Assembly: GCA_041389045.1 (NCBI GenBank)
Contig: JAWKSQ010000003.1
Coordinates: 105,598 to 169,597, forward strand
Length of the DNA: 64,000 nt
Origin: Minisyncoccota bacterium
Lineage (GTDB): Bacteria > Patescibacteriota > Minisyncoccia > Phycocordibacterales > UBA918
Direction of reading: 5' to 3'
This document shows, piece after piece, positions 36,988-45,545 of the stretch (position 1 is its first letter; each line of letters starts with the position of its first letter). Under the pieces are notes generated by a model. The model did no database searches. It was not told where the DNA came from and worked only from the letters and a program-made list of their open reading frames with translations. A program made the position numbers and the translations under genes.

Positions 36988-38487
36988 ATGAAAAATATTG
37001 GACAATCAATCTCTGACTTACGCGAAACCAAAGGCCTGACCCAAAGTGACCTAGCTAAGGCGCTCAAGACCACTCAGAGCGCCGTAGCCCGCATGGAGAG
37101 CGGTAAACAAAACATCAGCGCTGACATGCTTAGAAAAATCAGTAAAGCCCTGGGTAAAAACCTCATCACCCTCTCCCCTGGCACCGTCAATATTCAAATA
37201 GAGGGTAATAAAAAACTGACTGGCACTATCGAAACTAACACTTCTAAAAATGGTGCGGTTGGTCTACTCTGTGCCAGTTTACTCAACCGTGGCACCACTA
37301 CCCTGCATCACATGCCTCGCATCGAAGAAGTCCACCGGATTATTGAAGTGCTGGAAAGTATTGGTGTTCGCGTGGAATGGAGTGGTAGTACCATCAAAAT
37401 CACTCCCCCCAAGAAGTTCGACCTAAAGAAAATCGACGTTGAAGCGGCTCACCGCACTCGCAGTATCGTCATGTTTATCGGACCCTTGATTCACCTGATG
37501 GAGAAATTCAAACTTCCCCAATCTGGCGGTTGCAAACTCGGTAGTCGTACCGTGAAGCCTCATTTCTACGCCCTAGAACACTTTGGTGTCACTATCAATA
37601 CTACTAGCGACGCCTATGAGGTAAGTAAAGTCCCGGCCTCCCCTTCAGAAATTATTCTCTATGAGTCTGGTGACACCGTCACCGAAAACGCTCTTTTTGC
37701 GGCCGCTAAGACGCCTGGTACCACAACTATCAAATACACTACGTCCAACTACATGGTGCAAGAAGTTTGTACGTTTCTAACTCTACTAGGTGTGAAAATT
37801 GAAGGTTTTGGCACTACTACTCTCAAAGTAACTGGAATCGAAGAAATTAACCAAAATATTGAATATACCCTGTCTGAAGATCCAACTGACTCAATGTTCT
37901 TTATTGCCGCCGCTATCGTCACCAACTCCACTATCACTATCACCCGCTGTCCGATTGAATTCTTGGAGCTAGAACTCCTTAAGCTTGAGAAAATGGGCTT
38001 CGAATACAAGAAATCCAAACCCTATCTTAGTCACAATGGAGTCACAAAACTAGTTGATATTACTACCAAAGCGTCAAAGCTCACCGCGTTACATGAAAAA
38101 GTTTACGGTCGCCCTTACCCTGGCCTCAACATCGATAACCTCCCTTTCTTTGCCGTCATAGCCACTCAAGCTGAAGGACAGACTCTTATCCATGACTGGG
38201 TTTATGAAAAGCGAGCCATCTACTTTACCGAACTAGACAAACTCGGCGCCGAGACGGTTCTAGCCGACCCACATCGTATCTACATCACCGGACCAACGCC
38301 ACTGCGCGCTGCCGAACTCATTTGTCCACCAGCCCTTCGTCCGGCTACTATCCTGCTGATTGCCATGCTCGGTGCCAAAGGTACTTCAATCCTACGTAAC
38401 ATCTACAGCATCAACCGTGGCTACGAAAAGTTGATCGAAAGACTTGGGTCCCTCGGCGCCCACGTCTCATACCTAGACGAGTTTTAA
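36988..38487 (+). CDS. murA: XRE-type HTH domain fused to UDP-N-acetylglucosamine 1-carboxyvinyltransferase
   Basis: The N-terminus IGQSISDLRETKGLTQSDLAKALKTTQSAVARMESGKQN is an HTH_3-like domain. The MurA/EPT fold follows, including LPQSGGCKLGSRTVKPH with the catalytic Cys. An alternative ATG lies at 36970. The track ORF start at 36805 is antisense to mreB2. Confidence 0.8.
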   Translation: MKNIGQSISDLRETKGLTQSDLAKALKTTQSAVARMESGKQNISADMLRKISKALGKNLITLSPGTVNIQIEGNKKLTGTIETNTSKNGAVGLLCASLLNRGTTTLHHMPRIEEVHRIIEVLESIGVRVEWSGSTIKITPPKKFDLKKIDVEAAHRTRSIVMFIGPLIHLMEKFKLPQSGGCKLGSRTVKPHFYALEHFGVTINTTSDAYEVSKVPASPSEIILYESGDTVTENALFAAAKTPGTTTIKYTTSNYMVQEVCTFLTLLGVKIEGFGTTTLKVTGIEEINQNIEYTLSEDPTDSMFFIAAAIVTNSTITITRCPIEFLELELLKLEKMGFEYKKSKPYLSHNGVTKLVDITTKASKLTALHEKVYGRPYPGLNIDNLPFFAVIATQAEGQTLIHDWVYEKRAIYFTELDKLGAETVLADPHRIYITGPTPLRAAELICPPALRPATILLIAMLGAKGTSILRNIYSINRGYEKLIERLGSLGAHVSYLDEF

Positions 38488-38511
38488 AAAGGCCCTGGTT
38501 TCCCAAGACCC

Positions 38512-38871
38512 TTATGCGGCATGCCGCTCACTCTTCTTTTCCTCTACAGAACGCTGCCTCTCCATATCATCTTGTATCCTTCGATACTCATCCTCAGTTG
38601 GACCGTAACACTGAGGAAGATGATAACGTTCGTAGCGAAAATAAGACTTTTCTCCATCCTCCGTTTGATAACTACGGACAAAACGTTCACGTCTGTATTC
38701 ATCACCCGGCACAATTGGATTTATACACCGACAACATTTATACGTGTACATGGCAAAATGAACATTCTTACCACCTAGATATCGAGGCTGAGCACGATTA
38801 TATTGTTGGCGACGCTGTTTCTTCTCTTTATCTCGAACTTCTCTAAAGGAAGCCAAGTCGGTAACACTCAT
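38512..38871 (-). CDS. Hypothetical basic Cys-containing protein
   Basis: 119 aa, Arg/Glu-rich, with CCRC and PQC motifs. No family recognised. Confidence 0.4.
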   Translation of the reverse strand: MSVTDLASFREVRDKEKKQRRQQYNRAQPRYLGGKNVHFAMYTYKCCRCINPIVPGDEYRRERFVRSYQTEDGEKSYFRYERYHLPQCYGPTEDEYRRIQDDMERQRSVEEKKSERHAA

Positions 38872-38976
38872 GGTAGCTCCTTACAAAGTTGAACGGGATT
38901 TCTATTTTTAGTCTACTACAAAATTGGAAAGAATAAAATCTGACCAAAACGGGCGCTTCTGTTACAATACCGCCAC

Positions 38977-40872
38977 ATGTTCGTGATTGAAGTCATTCCG
39001 CTCATCCGCGGCACCAAAATCAATACTCTGTCATACTTTAGTGGCACTAGTTATGCTGTGGGAACATTCCTCACGGTGCGTATTCGTGGTAAAGAGCAAA
39101 AGGCCATTGTCACCGAAGTCCACACTGTCACAGACGAAAAAAGTAACCTCCGCAGTGCCGCTTTTACCCTCCAAAAGCTACCGATACAAAAAAGTTTTTT
39201 TTCAGTGCCCGAGAATGTGCGAAAAACTGCTGAGACCTTAACCAAAATCTATCCTAGTTCGGTCGGAGCTATCTTGTTTCAACTACTGCCACCCGAAGTC
39301 AGAAATGGCAAGTACGAATACCCTACTGTCTCCACCTTTGTACATGCTGAAGAAACTACCCCACGCATCATTACCGCCCCTGCCAAGGACCGCTTTGTTT
39401 CATACCGCAGTCACATCAGAAGCGTCTTAGCTAGACGAGGATCAGTGATGTTTGTTGCTCCCACTAGTACCGAAGTGGACTTCGCCTACGAGGCCTTGTC
39501 ACCCGGTATCGAAGACCGAATGGTGGTTTTTTCACCTAGTCAAAGTGAACGTGAGCGAAGTAGTGCTTATGAAGCCTTTGAAGATACTAGTATAGCTAAA
39601 GTTATTCTCACTACTCCTAGTCACGCCTACCTTGATCGGGTCGATCTTTTATCGATTGTGATCGAGGGTGAAGCTAGCGACTACTTTGCTTCGCGCACCA
39701 GACCTTATCTCGACCACCGTACTGCGCTTATTAATCACGCCAAAACTACTGGTCGGAGTATTATGCTGGGCGACATCCTACCGCGCTCTGAGATGGAGGC
39801 CAAAAGACGTGAGGAAATATACACTACCGAGGGTGAAGAAATAAAGCGAATTGCTTTTTCATCTCCCTTGTCCATTGTTGTTCAACATGACAAACCAAAG
39901 CCCGACGTACCGTTCTCTTTATTTTCCACTGACTTAAAACATCGGATTGAAGAAACTGTCTCTGGACGTGGTCGTGTCTTCTTGTTTGGTGCTAGGCGTG
40001 GTATTTCTCCCGTCGTGACCTGTATTGATTGTGGACACATTTTCCGTTGCCCAGACTCTGGTACTCCTTATTCCCTGATGCGCACCACTACCAAAAGCGG
40101 TAAAGAGGAGAGGTGGTTTGTTTCTACCACCTCAGGTAAAAGAATCCGAGCTGCGGACACTTGCCCAGACTGCGGTTCATGGCGTTTGCGTGAGCGTGGG
40201 ATTGGCATCCAGTCTGTTTACGATGAATGTGTCGACTTATTTCCTGATAAAAAAATAATCCTGTTTGATCACCTAACCGCCTCCACCAAAAAGCGCGCCA
40301 CTGCTCTAATCAAGTCATATTATGACGATAGAGGAACGATTCTTATCGGTACACAAATGGCTCTACCCTATTTATTTAAAAACGGTGTCGATTTTAGTGC
40401 TGTGATTTCGCTAGACGCTACCAGGGCTAATCCCACCTGGAAAACTGATGAGAATGTACTCAGGCTCCTACTTCAGTTACGTGAGTTCTCACAAAAGGAA
40501 GTCTTGGTGCAAACCCGAATACCAGCTGACCACGTTTTAAGTTGTGCTACTTCCGGCACTATTGAGAGCTTCTATGACGAAGAATTATCGCTCAGACAAG
40601 CCCTCAACTACCCTCCGTTCGCGACATTTATTTTACTCAGTTGGCAAGGCAGTCCAGTCGCTGTCGAAAAGGTTGAAACAGAAGTAAAAAGTCGGCTAAA
40701 AGATTTTGCTGGCACTTACTACAGTAATCCATTGTCGACGGAGTCAAAAATCCTCCGTCATGTGCTCTTTAGACTACCAGCCAAAGACCCAAAAACGCTA
40801 GAAATAATTAATATTATCCGCACTTTCCCACCGTACCTAAAAGTTGAAATAGACCCAAATCGAATTGTATAA
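38977..40872 (+). CDS. priA: PriA-like primosomal protein N' with degenerate helicase motifs
   Basis: It has a Cys4 zinc ribbon (CIDCGHIFRCP and CPDCGS), PriA-like length and priA-def-fmt synteny. No GxGKT Walker A was found, and DEEH is replaced by IEGE. Confidence 0.65.
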   Translation: MFVIEVIPLIRGTKINTLSYFSGTSYAVGTFLTVRIRGKEQKAIVTEVHTVTDEKSNLRSAAFTLQKLPIQKSFFSVPENVRKTAETLTKIYPSSVGAILFQLLPPEVRNGKYEYPTVSTFVHAEETTPRIITAPAKDRFVSYRSHIRSVLARRGSVMFVAPTSTEVDFAYEALSPGIEDRMVVFSPSQSERERSSAYEAFEDTSIAKVILTTPSHAYLDRVDLLSIVIEGEASDYFASRTRPYLDHRTALINHAKTTGRSIMLGDILPRSEMEAKRREEIYTTEGEEIKRIAFSSPLSIVVQHDKPKPDVPFSLFSTDLKHRIEETVSGRGRVFLFGARRGISPVVTCIDCGHIFRCPDSGTPYSLMRTTTKSGKEERWFVSTTSGKRIRAADTCPDCGSWRLRERGIGIQSVYDECVDLFPDKKIILFDHLTASTKKRATALIKSYYDDRGTILIGTQMALPYLFKNGVDFSAVISLDATRANPTWKTDENVLRLLLQLREFSQKEVLVQTRIPADHVLSCATSGTIESFYDEELSLRQALNYPPFATFILLSWQGSPVAVEKVETEVKSRLKDFAGTYYSNPLSTESKILRHVLFRLPAKDPKTLEIINIIRTFPPYLKVEIDPNRIV

Positions 40873-40915
40873 TTAGCTCAGCTGTGTTAATTTTCAATTA
40901 ACAAACACAACAAAT

Positions 40916-41449
40916 ATGGCTAAATTAGTACCAGAAAACCACCCAGTTTTACACGCTATCGCCGAGGAGGTAACTCCGGAGGAATTTGCTGACGGTACGG
41001 TAAAAAAGATTGTCAAAGACCTACGCTCGGCTATCAAAACCTACAAAGTCGACGGTTTTACAGCAGTAGCGATTGCGGCTCCACAGATTGGCGTTGGTAA
41101 ACGAGTTTTTATCATTGAAGATCAAAGTGCCGACGCTGACCGACTCCCAACAGTCATCGCCGTTAACCCGCGCTTTACCAAAATGTCCAAGAAAACACAC
41201 GTGGTCGGCGAAGGCTGTTTGTCTATACCAGAGCAATACGGATTAGTTCGCCGTTCGACTAACGTCACTATCGAAGCCAAAGACGAGAACGGTGTCCCAT
41301 TCACCCGTGGAGCTGGCGGTCTCCTGGCCCAAATCATGCAACACGAATACAATCATCTCGACGGAATTCTCTTTACCGACATTGCCGAAAAAGTCTGGAG
41401 TAAAGATGACTTAGACCGAGGCAAAGTTACCGAAGCACCTCTGACATGA
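40916..41449 (+). CDS. def: Peptide deformylase
   Basis: Motifs EGCLSIP and HEYNHLDG. Confidence 0.9.
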   Translation: MAKLVPENHPVLHAIAEEVTPEEFADGTVKKIVKDLRSAIKTYKVDGFTAVAIAAPQIGVGKRVFIIEDQSADADRLPTVIAVNPRFTKMSKKTHVVGEGCLSIPEQYGLVRRSTNVTIEAKDENGVPFTRGAGGLLAQIMQHEYNHLDGILFTDIAEKVWSKDDLDRGKVTEAPLT

Positions 41450-42297
41450 AAATAGCTTTTTTTGGTACCCCAGAATTAGCCGTTAATGCTCTGAGCGAAA
41501 TGGAGAGTTTTGGTGTGGTGCCAAATCTAATTGTCACCACCCCAGACGTTCCGGTCGGCAGAAAGCAACTCATTACTCCACCACCCACCAAAGTCTGGGC
41601 CACCGAGCGATCTATACCCGTGTTTCAACCCACGACTTTAAAGAACCCCGAAGACCTGAAAGTTTTGACTGAAGAGACTTGGGATTTTTTTGTGGTCTTT
41701 GCCTACGGGAAAATTATGCCGACCTGGCTAATAGACCTACCAAAGTACGGCACCATCAATGCTCACCCTTCACTACTACCAAAGTTGCGTGGTGCCAGCC
41801 CGATTCGTAGCACCTTACTACACGACTTAAGTGCCTCTGGAGTCACCATTATTAAAATGGATAATGAAGTAGACCACGGACCGATTTTATACCAACTACC
41901 TGTACCACTCGAAAAGCCTATACCGGGCCGAGAGCTAGACAAAACCCTCAGTCTGATCTGTGGCGACTTACTAGTACAAGTGATTAAAGACATGACAGAA
42001 GGTACTATCGCTCCCCAAGCGCAAAAACATGACGAAGCCACTTTTTGCACCAAGATCACCAAAGAAATGTCCGAGCTAAGCCTTGATCCCTATCACCCTT
42101 TATCTGGACAAGAAGCTTATGATACTTACCGGAAGATCTGCGCTTTTGATGGCTGGCCGGAGACATTTTTTATCTACCAGGGTAAAAGAATTAAAATAAA
42201 GTCTGCCACGCTAGATAATGATGGTAATCTCCAAATTCTCCGCATCGTACCCGAAGGCAAAAACGAAACTGACTTCGATAGGTATTTCCCCACATAA
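41446..42297 (+). CDS. fmt: Methionyl-tRNA formyltransferase
   Basis: Motifs INAHPSLLPKLRGASPI and MKIAFFGTP. It overlaps the def stop. Confidence 0.9.
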   Translation: MKIAFFGTPELAVNALSEMESFGVVPNLIVTTPDVPVGRKQLITPPPTKVWATERSIPVFQPTTLKNPEDLKVLTEETWDFFVVFAYGKIMPTWLIDLPKYGTINAHPSLLPKLRGASPIRSTLLHDLSASGVTIIKMDNEVDHGPILYQLPVPLEKPIPGRELDKTLSLICGDLLVQVIKDMTEGTIAPQAQKHDEATFCTKITKEMSELSLDPYHPLSGQEAYDTYRKICAFDGWPETFFIYQGKRIKIKSATLDNDGNLQILRIVPEGKNETDFDRYFPT

Positions 42298-42310
42298 CAT
42301 CCAAAGCATG

Positions 42311-42346
42311 AAAAGCTGGGCCGACCTCCGGTCGCCCCGCTTTTCT
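42311..42346. terminator. Bidirectional terminator between convergent fmt and the pilin-like gene
   Basis: The hairpin gctgggccgacc-tcc-ggtcgccccgc is flanked by aaaa and ttttct. Confidence 0.55.
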
Positions 42347-42352
42347 AATTAC

Positions 42353-43054
42353 TTACTGGCAATACATACCTACCGGCGGCTGTTCTAGGTACTTAGATCT
42401 CCCAGTACCATCTATACACCAATATCCATTAGAGGGTAGATAGCTATACACTACATACTCCTTATCATTGTCTCGACAGCTAACTTCTTTATTATTTATT
42501 TCCTTTTCTGCACACAATAAACCTTGATTTAAAGGTATCATATCACCCTGACGAACCGCACTTAATAAATCTAAAACTTTATCCGTACTACAAACACCAC
42601 CATAAGAAAAATCATTTGTAATATAATGCAACTCCGCCTGTGATCGAATAGAATTTAACGATTGCCTAATCGAAGCATCTGGACTAGAATTTCTTGCATT
42701 ATTTGGTAGAACAAGTGCCGAGACAATAACATACAGCCAGACAAAGACTATTGAGAACACCAACCCCTCAACCAATAACCGCACTCCACCAATACCAGAT
42801 GACTTTCGATCTAAAACATAGTAAGTAACAACGCAAACCAGTCCGACTGAAGTTAAAATGAGAAAACTAAACCCTGCTAAATTAGCCAACCATTTTATCA
42901 TTCCATCAAAAAAACCTAATATTGCTGGCCAAAATTTATAACCATTCGTGCATGAGAACAGTATTGAATTTAAAGAAAAAAGAGCGTGCGGAAGAATCAG
43001 GAAAAGTAACCCAATTAGTAGCAAACTCTTTTTTCTATCTTTAAGCATAATCAA
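42353..43054 (-). CDS. Polytopic membrane protein with a C-terminal type IV pilin-like globular domain
   Basis: Four or five N-terminal TM helices. The C-terminal region ARNSSPDASIRQSLNSIRSQAELHYITNDFSYGGVC plus paired cysteines resembles a pilin head. Confidence 0.45.
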   Translation of the reverse strand: MIMLKDRKKSLLLIGLLFLILPHALFSLNSILFSCTNGYKFWPAILGFFDGMIKWLANLAGFSFLILTSVGLVCVVTYYVLDRKSSGIGGVRLLVEGLVFSIVFVWLYVIVSALVLPNNARNSSPDASIRQSLNSIRSQAELHYITNDFSYGGVCSTDKVLDLLSAVRQGDMIPLNQGLLCAEKEINNKEVSCRDNDKEYVVYSYLPSNGYWCIDGTGRSKYLEQPPVGMYCQ

Positions 43055-43063
43055 GCTCTCCTT

Positions 43064-43429
43064 CTACTTCCCAAACCTCATCATGTCCTTAATCATTCTG
43101 CCTCCTTTGCGAATGAGGCTGTGCTTCTTCTTGTGGGCTTTCTTCATTTCTTGGTCAAGCTCAGACTTAACCACATCTACCGCGGCCTCATAACTTTCTT
43201 CAGTGGTACTCGCTCGATACAGTGTTCCAGCTACCCAGAGATTGACTTCCACTCGACAAATTGGTCCAGACTTGTGAGACGCTTCTTTCTCAAACTCTAC
43301 CTCAACCCTCACTTCCTCGTCAGGCGAAACGTACTTTTCTAGAGTAGCCAACTTCTGACTAACTAAATCATGGATGCGACTATCAGTTTCGGTATTTGTG
43401 TGCTTGAAAGTAATATTTTGAAATATCAT
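43064..43429 (-). CDS. hpf: Ribosome hibernation promoting factor (short HPF/RaiA)
   Basis: 121 aa with the segments ITFKHTNTE, VEVEFEKE and CRVEVNL. Confidence 0.8.
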   Translation of the reverse strand: MIFQNITFKHTNTETDSRIHDLVSQKLATLEKYVSPDEEVRVEVEFEKEASHKSGPICRVEVNLWVAGTLYRASTTEESYEAAVDVVKSELDQEMKKAHKKKHSLIRKGGRMIKDMMRFGK

Positions 43430-43450
43430 ATTTGTTTATCTTAGCTGATA

Positions 43451-43675
43451 TTAATCACTATCGACAGAAATTATTTTTCTTGGTGAATGGTGCCCGGAAA
43501 TCAACCTGGTCTTTGCTACTGGCACGCGGTAATGTTCAGCTATCACCTCCCTAATTCGCTGATTGGCTAAATTTCTTTCTGCTGGCTCTTTGACGTAAAT
43601 TTCAAACCGATTCTTACCAACCAAACTGATTTTCTCTTTCTTTGCTTTTGCGTAGACCTCAACCCTAACGTACAT
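43451..43675 (-). CDS. DUF167/YggU-family protein
   Basis: 74 aa with the EPAERNLANQRI and GHHSPRKII pattern. Confidence 0.55.
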   Translation of the reverse strand: MYVRVEVYAKAKKEKISLVGKNRFEIYVKEPAERNLANQRIREVIAEHYRVPVAKTRLISGHHSPRKIISVDSD

Positions 43676-43677
43676 GA

Positions 43678-43977
43678 CTACCCTTCACAGGACACACAGG
43701 CATTATCACTGATATGCATCCGTACCCGAGGAACAGTACTGACCACTCCGTAGTTTTTTTGTAAGTGAGAGACAATGTCATCAGACTCAAACATTGAAAC
43801 GCCAAGCTTTTCATCCACCAAAAATGGTACTTGATGCTTACCGGCTATCGCTTCTAATTCTGCTCGCACTTCCGCTTCAGTTGTGTCTTGCAAATTTACC
43901 TCTAAATGTAATCTATCAATAACGGCTCATACTCTCCGGCAAAAAGCACAACTAGGCTGCTAGTACAATGTAAGCAT
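43678..43977 (-). pseudogene. Glutaredoxin-like thioredoxin-fold protein with two in-frame stop codons
   Basis: A single frame reads MLTLY-TAG-QPSCAFCRRV-TGA-AVIDRLHLEVNLQDTTEAEV...VPFLVDE. The TAG is at 43962-43960 and the TGA at 43929-43927. No frameshift is needed. Confidence 0.65.
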
Positions 43978-44051
43978 AAGAAACATTTAACTTTGTCATG
44001 CTTTCATTATACTACGATTCTTGGAACAACGTATCCACACCCCTAAGACAG

Positions 44052-44079
44052 TTGAATATTCATGGTTTTTCTGTACAAT
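44052..44079 (+). promoter_or_regulatory. Candidate tRNA-Asn promoter TTGAAT-16-TACAAT
   Basis: The -35 is at 44052-44057 and the -10 at 44074-44079, about 48 nt upstream of the tRNA. Confidence 0.45.
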
Positions 44080-44127
44080 ACACAGCACTTACTAGGAAAT
44101 TGTTGAAATAGTGAGTAAATACTACCT

Positions 44128-44199
44128 TCCGCGGTAGCTCAGTGGTAGAGCAGGTCGCTGTTAACGACTTGGTCGTAGGTTCGAATCCTACCCGCGGAG
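44128..44199 (+). tRNA. tRNA-Asn (anticodon GTT)
   Basis: Manual cloverleaf: acceptor tccgcgg/ccgcgga, D arm gctc-agtggta-gagc, anticodon arm ggtcg-ctGTTaa-cgact, T arm gtagg-ttcgaat-cctac. CCA is not encoded. Confidence 0.9.
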
Positions 44200-44243
44200 C
44201 AATATAAAAGTCCCCTTTTGGGGATTTTTATATTGCTCCGCGG
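44192..44243. terminator. 24-bp inverted repeat that includes the tRNA 3' acceptor strand (bidirectional-terminator-like)
   Basis: ccgcggagcaatataaaagtcccc-tttt-ggggatttttatattgctccgcgg. Confidence 0.6.
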
Positions 44244-44368
44244 AACAAGCAAACAATTTTGCTTGTGTGTAGGATTCGAAAAGATGGAGTATATCGCACG
44301 AGCGAAGCGAAGTACGATACGACATCTGTACAGCCCATGTAATGGGAGAAACTCCTACCCGCGGAGCC
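44197..44368 (+). repeat. Repeat E1: ~170-nt element ending in a split copy of the tRNA-Asn T arm and acceptor
   Basis: It is about 93% identical by eye to 45546-45712. It contains gtagg-attcgaa, then an insert of ~73 nt, then cctac-ccgcgga-gcc. Confidence 0.8.
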
Positions 44369-44372
44369 AACA

Positions 44373-44401
44373 TTGACATAGCACACTTTGTGTGCTATTG
44401 T
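44373..44401 (+). promoter_or_regulatory. Promoter TTGACA-17-TATTGT with an embedded palindrome ATAGCACAC-TTT-GTGTGCTAT
   Basis: The -35 is at 44373-44378, the -10 at 44396-44401 and the palindrome at 44378-44398. Confidence 0.6.
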
Positions 44402-44448
44402 CTTTTTAGTAAAACGTCGATCCTTTCCATAACTCTACGAGGCACCTC

Positions 44449-44919
44449 ATGACCAAAATCATTTGTGCCTTCGCAGGCACAGGTAAGACAACAGCTTCCC
44501 AGAGCACTCTGTGGCACGTACGAGATAGCGACAGTGATGAATTTCGGTTCATTAACGCACGTCTCAATCGAAAACCAGAAGGTCAAAACCCGCTCTGGCC
44601 ACAAAACTACATCGACCACGCCGTCACGGAATATGCCAAGGGTGACTTTGATGCAATCCTGATGTCCGCGTACGTCGAACTTCTGCCCAGGATTGCAGAG
44701 CGTATTCCACTCACCTACGTCTATCCATCACTGGATATGAAAGATGAGTTCGAGATGCTTTATCGCAATCGTGGCAATCCCAACTGGCTGGTAAGTCTGC
44801 TCATTAACCACTACGATGAATGGATCACGGCACTGATGGCAATGGATGGGCATCACGTCGTTTTGAAACCTGACCAGTACCTGACTGATGTTCTGCCTGA
44901 AATATTGGCAGGAACCTAG
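44449..44919 (+). CDS. Small P-loop NTPase (156 aa) of cassette A
   Basis: Walker A FAGTGKTT at residues 8-15. GAGG lies 8 nt upstream of the ATG. The ORF is intact and has its own terminator. Confidence 0.6.
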   Translation: MTKIICAFAGTGKTTASQSTLWHVRDSDSDEFRFINARLNRKPEGQNPLWPQNYIDHAVTEYAKGDFDAILMSAYVELLPRIAERIPLTYVYPSLDMKDEFEMLYRNRGNPNWLVSLLINHYDEWITALMAMDGHHVVLKPDQYLTDVLPEILAGT

Positions 44920-44962
44920 CTCGCCGATGGAAAGCTTTCCATCTTGGCGAGCTTTTCATTTT
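44919..44962 (+). terminator. Rho-independent terminator
   Basis: gctcgcc-gatggaaag/ctttccatc-ggcgagc followed by cttttcatttt. Confidence 0.7.
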
Positions 44963-44990
44963 GTTAGAGCTAGAAGATGATTAGCACCTA

Positions 44991-45019
44991 TTGATTCTTT
45001 ATTACTTGTACCATATAGT
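44991..45019 (+). promoter_or_regulatory. Promoter TTGATT-17-TATAGT
   Basis: The -35 is at 44991-44996 and the -10 at 45014-45019. GGAGA and the ATG at 45072 lie downstream. Confidence 0.5.
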
Positions 45020-45071
45020 TACAAATGCCAAGTAACGTGCTTGGTTGTACCCTTAACTTTTGGAGATATCC

Positions 45072-45443
45072 ATGAAAACTGCCTTGTCTTTGCCGATGGG
45101 TACCACCAAGGTCGCGCACCTCCCACTTTCGACATGCACCGTGTGGAAGCGTCACTGTTGACCAACCACAAGTTGTTCGACGGCATTGCTCTCTCCGAGC
45201 AAGCGGTTAAGGAAGCGTCACTCAGATCGCGCCTTTCTCCAGCGACACAAAGAAGCTGGTATGCCGACTGATTTCGGAACTTCTCAAGATCGTCGATCGT
45301 GTGTGGCACACGCACATGTGCGAAACTCGCCAATGCCGCAGACTGGAGGTTCGTACTTCGGCCAGATGTTCCATCACTCGAACGACACCTGTGACATGAA
45401 GCTGCTCCGCAGGAGTAAGGTAGGGCAGAACCTTCGCCCCTGA
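45072..45443 (+). other. Second transcription unit of cassette A; coding frame unresolved
   Basis: The frame from the ATG at 45072 runs 124 codons to the TGA at 45441, but with an in-frame TGA at 45159-45161. Other frames and the opposite strand are also open. Confidence 0.3.
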
Positions 45444-45448
45444 ACTAG

Positions 45449-45500
45449 CCCGCACGAAACACCCGCCAACCTTTGGCAAGTTTCGTCCGGGTTTTTCTTT
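45449..45500 (+). terminator. Rho-independent terminator
   Basis: cccgcacgaaac (45449-45460) pairs with gtttcgtccggg (45480-45491) at 11 of 12 positions, then tttttctttt. Confidence 0.65.
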
Positions 45501-45545
45501 TACCTCAATCCCAAACCGTAGCGTTCGAACATCATTCACCCAGCG

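Noticed and set aside
44197-44368. E1 as a functional tRNA or a tmRNA.
   Set aside because: It has no D arm, no 7-nt anticodon loop, no tag-peptide reading frame and no G3:U70 alanine identity pair. The T loop is disrupted by ~73 nt, and the apparent 5' acceptor strand is simply the right arm of the terminator palindrome.
43927-45161. Possibility of an alternative genetic code (UGA or UAG reassigned), raised by in-frame stops in the grx-like gene and cassette A.
   Set aside because: Several well-supported host genes end in TGA (ftsI at 7296, the giant gene at 24449, the ORFs at 18981 and 23872) or TAG. Each is followed by short spacers and the next gene start, so the standard code fits the host.
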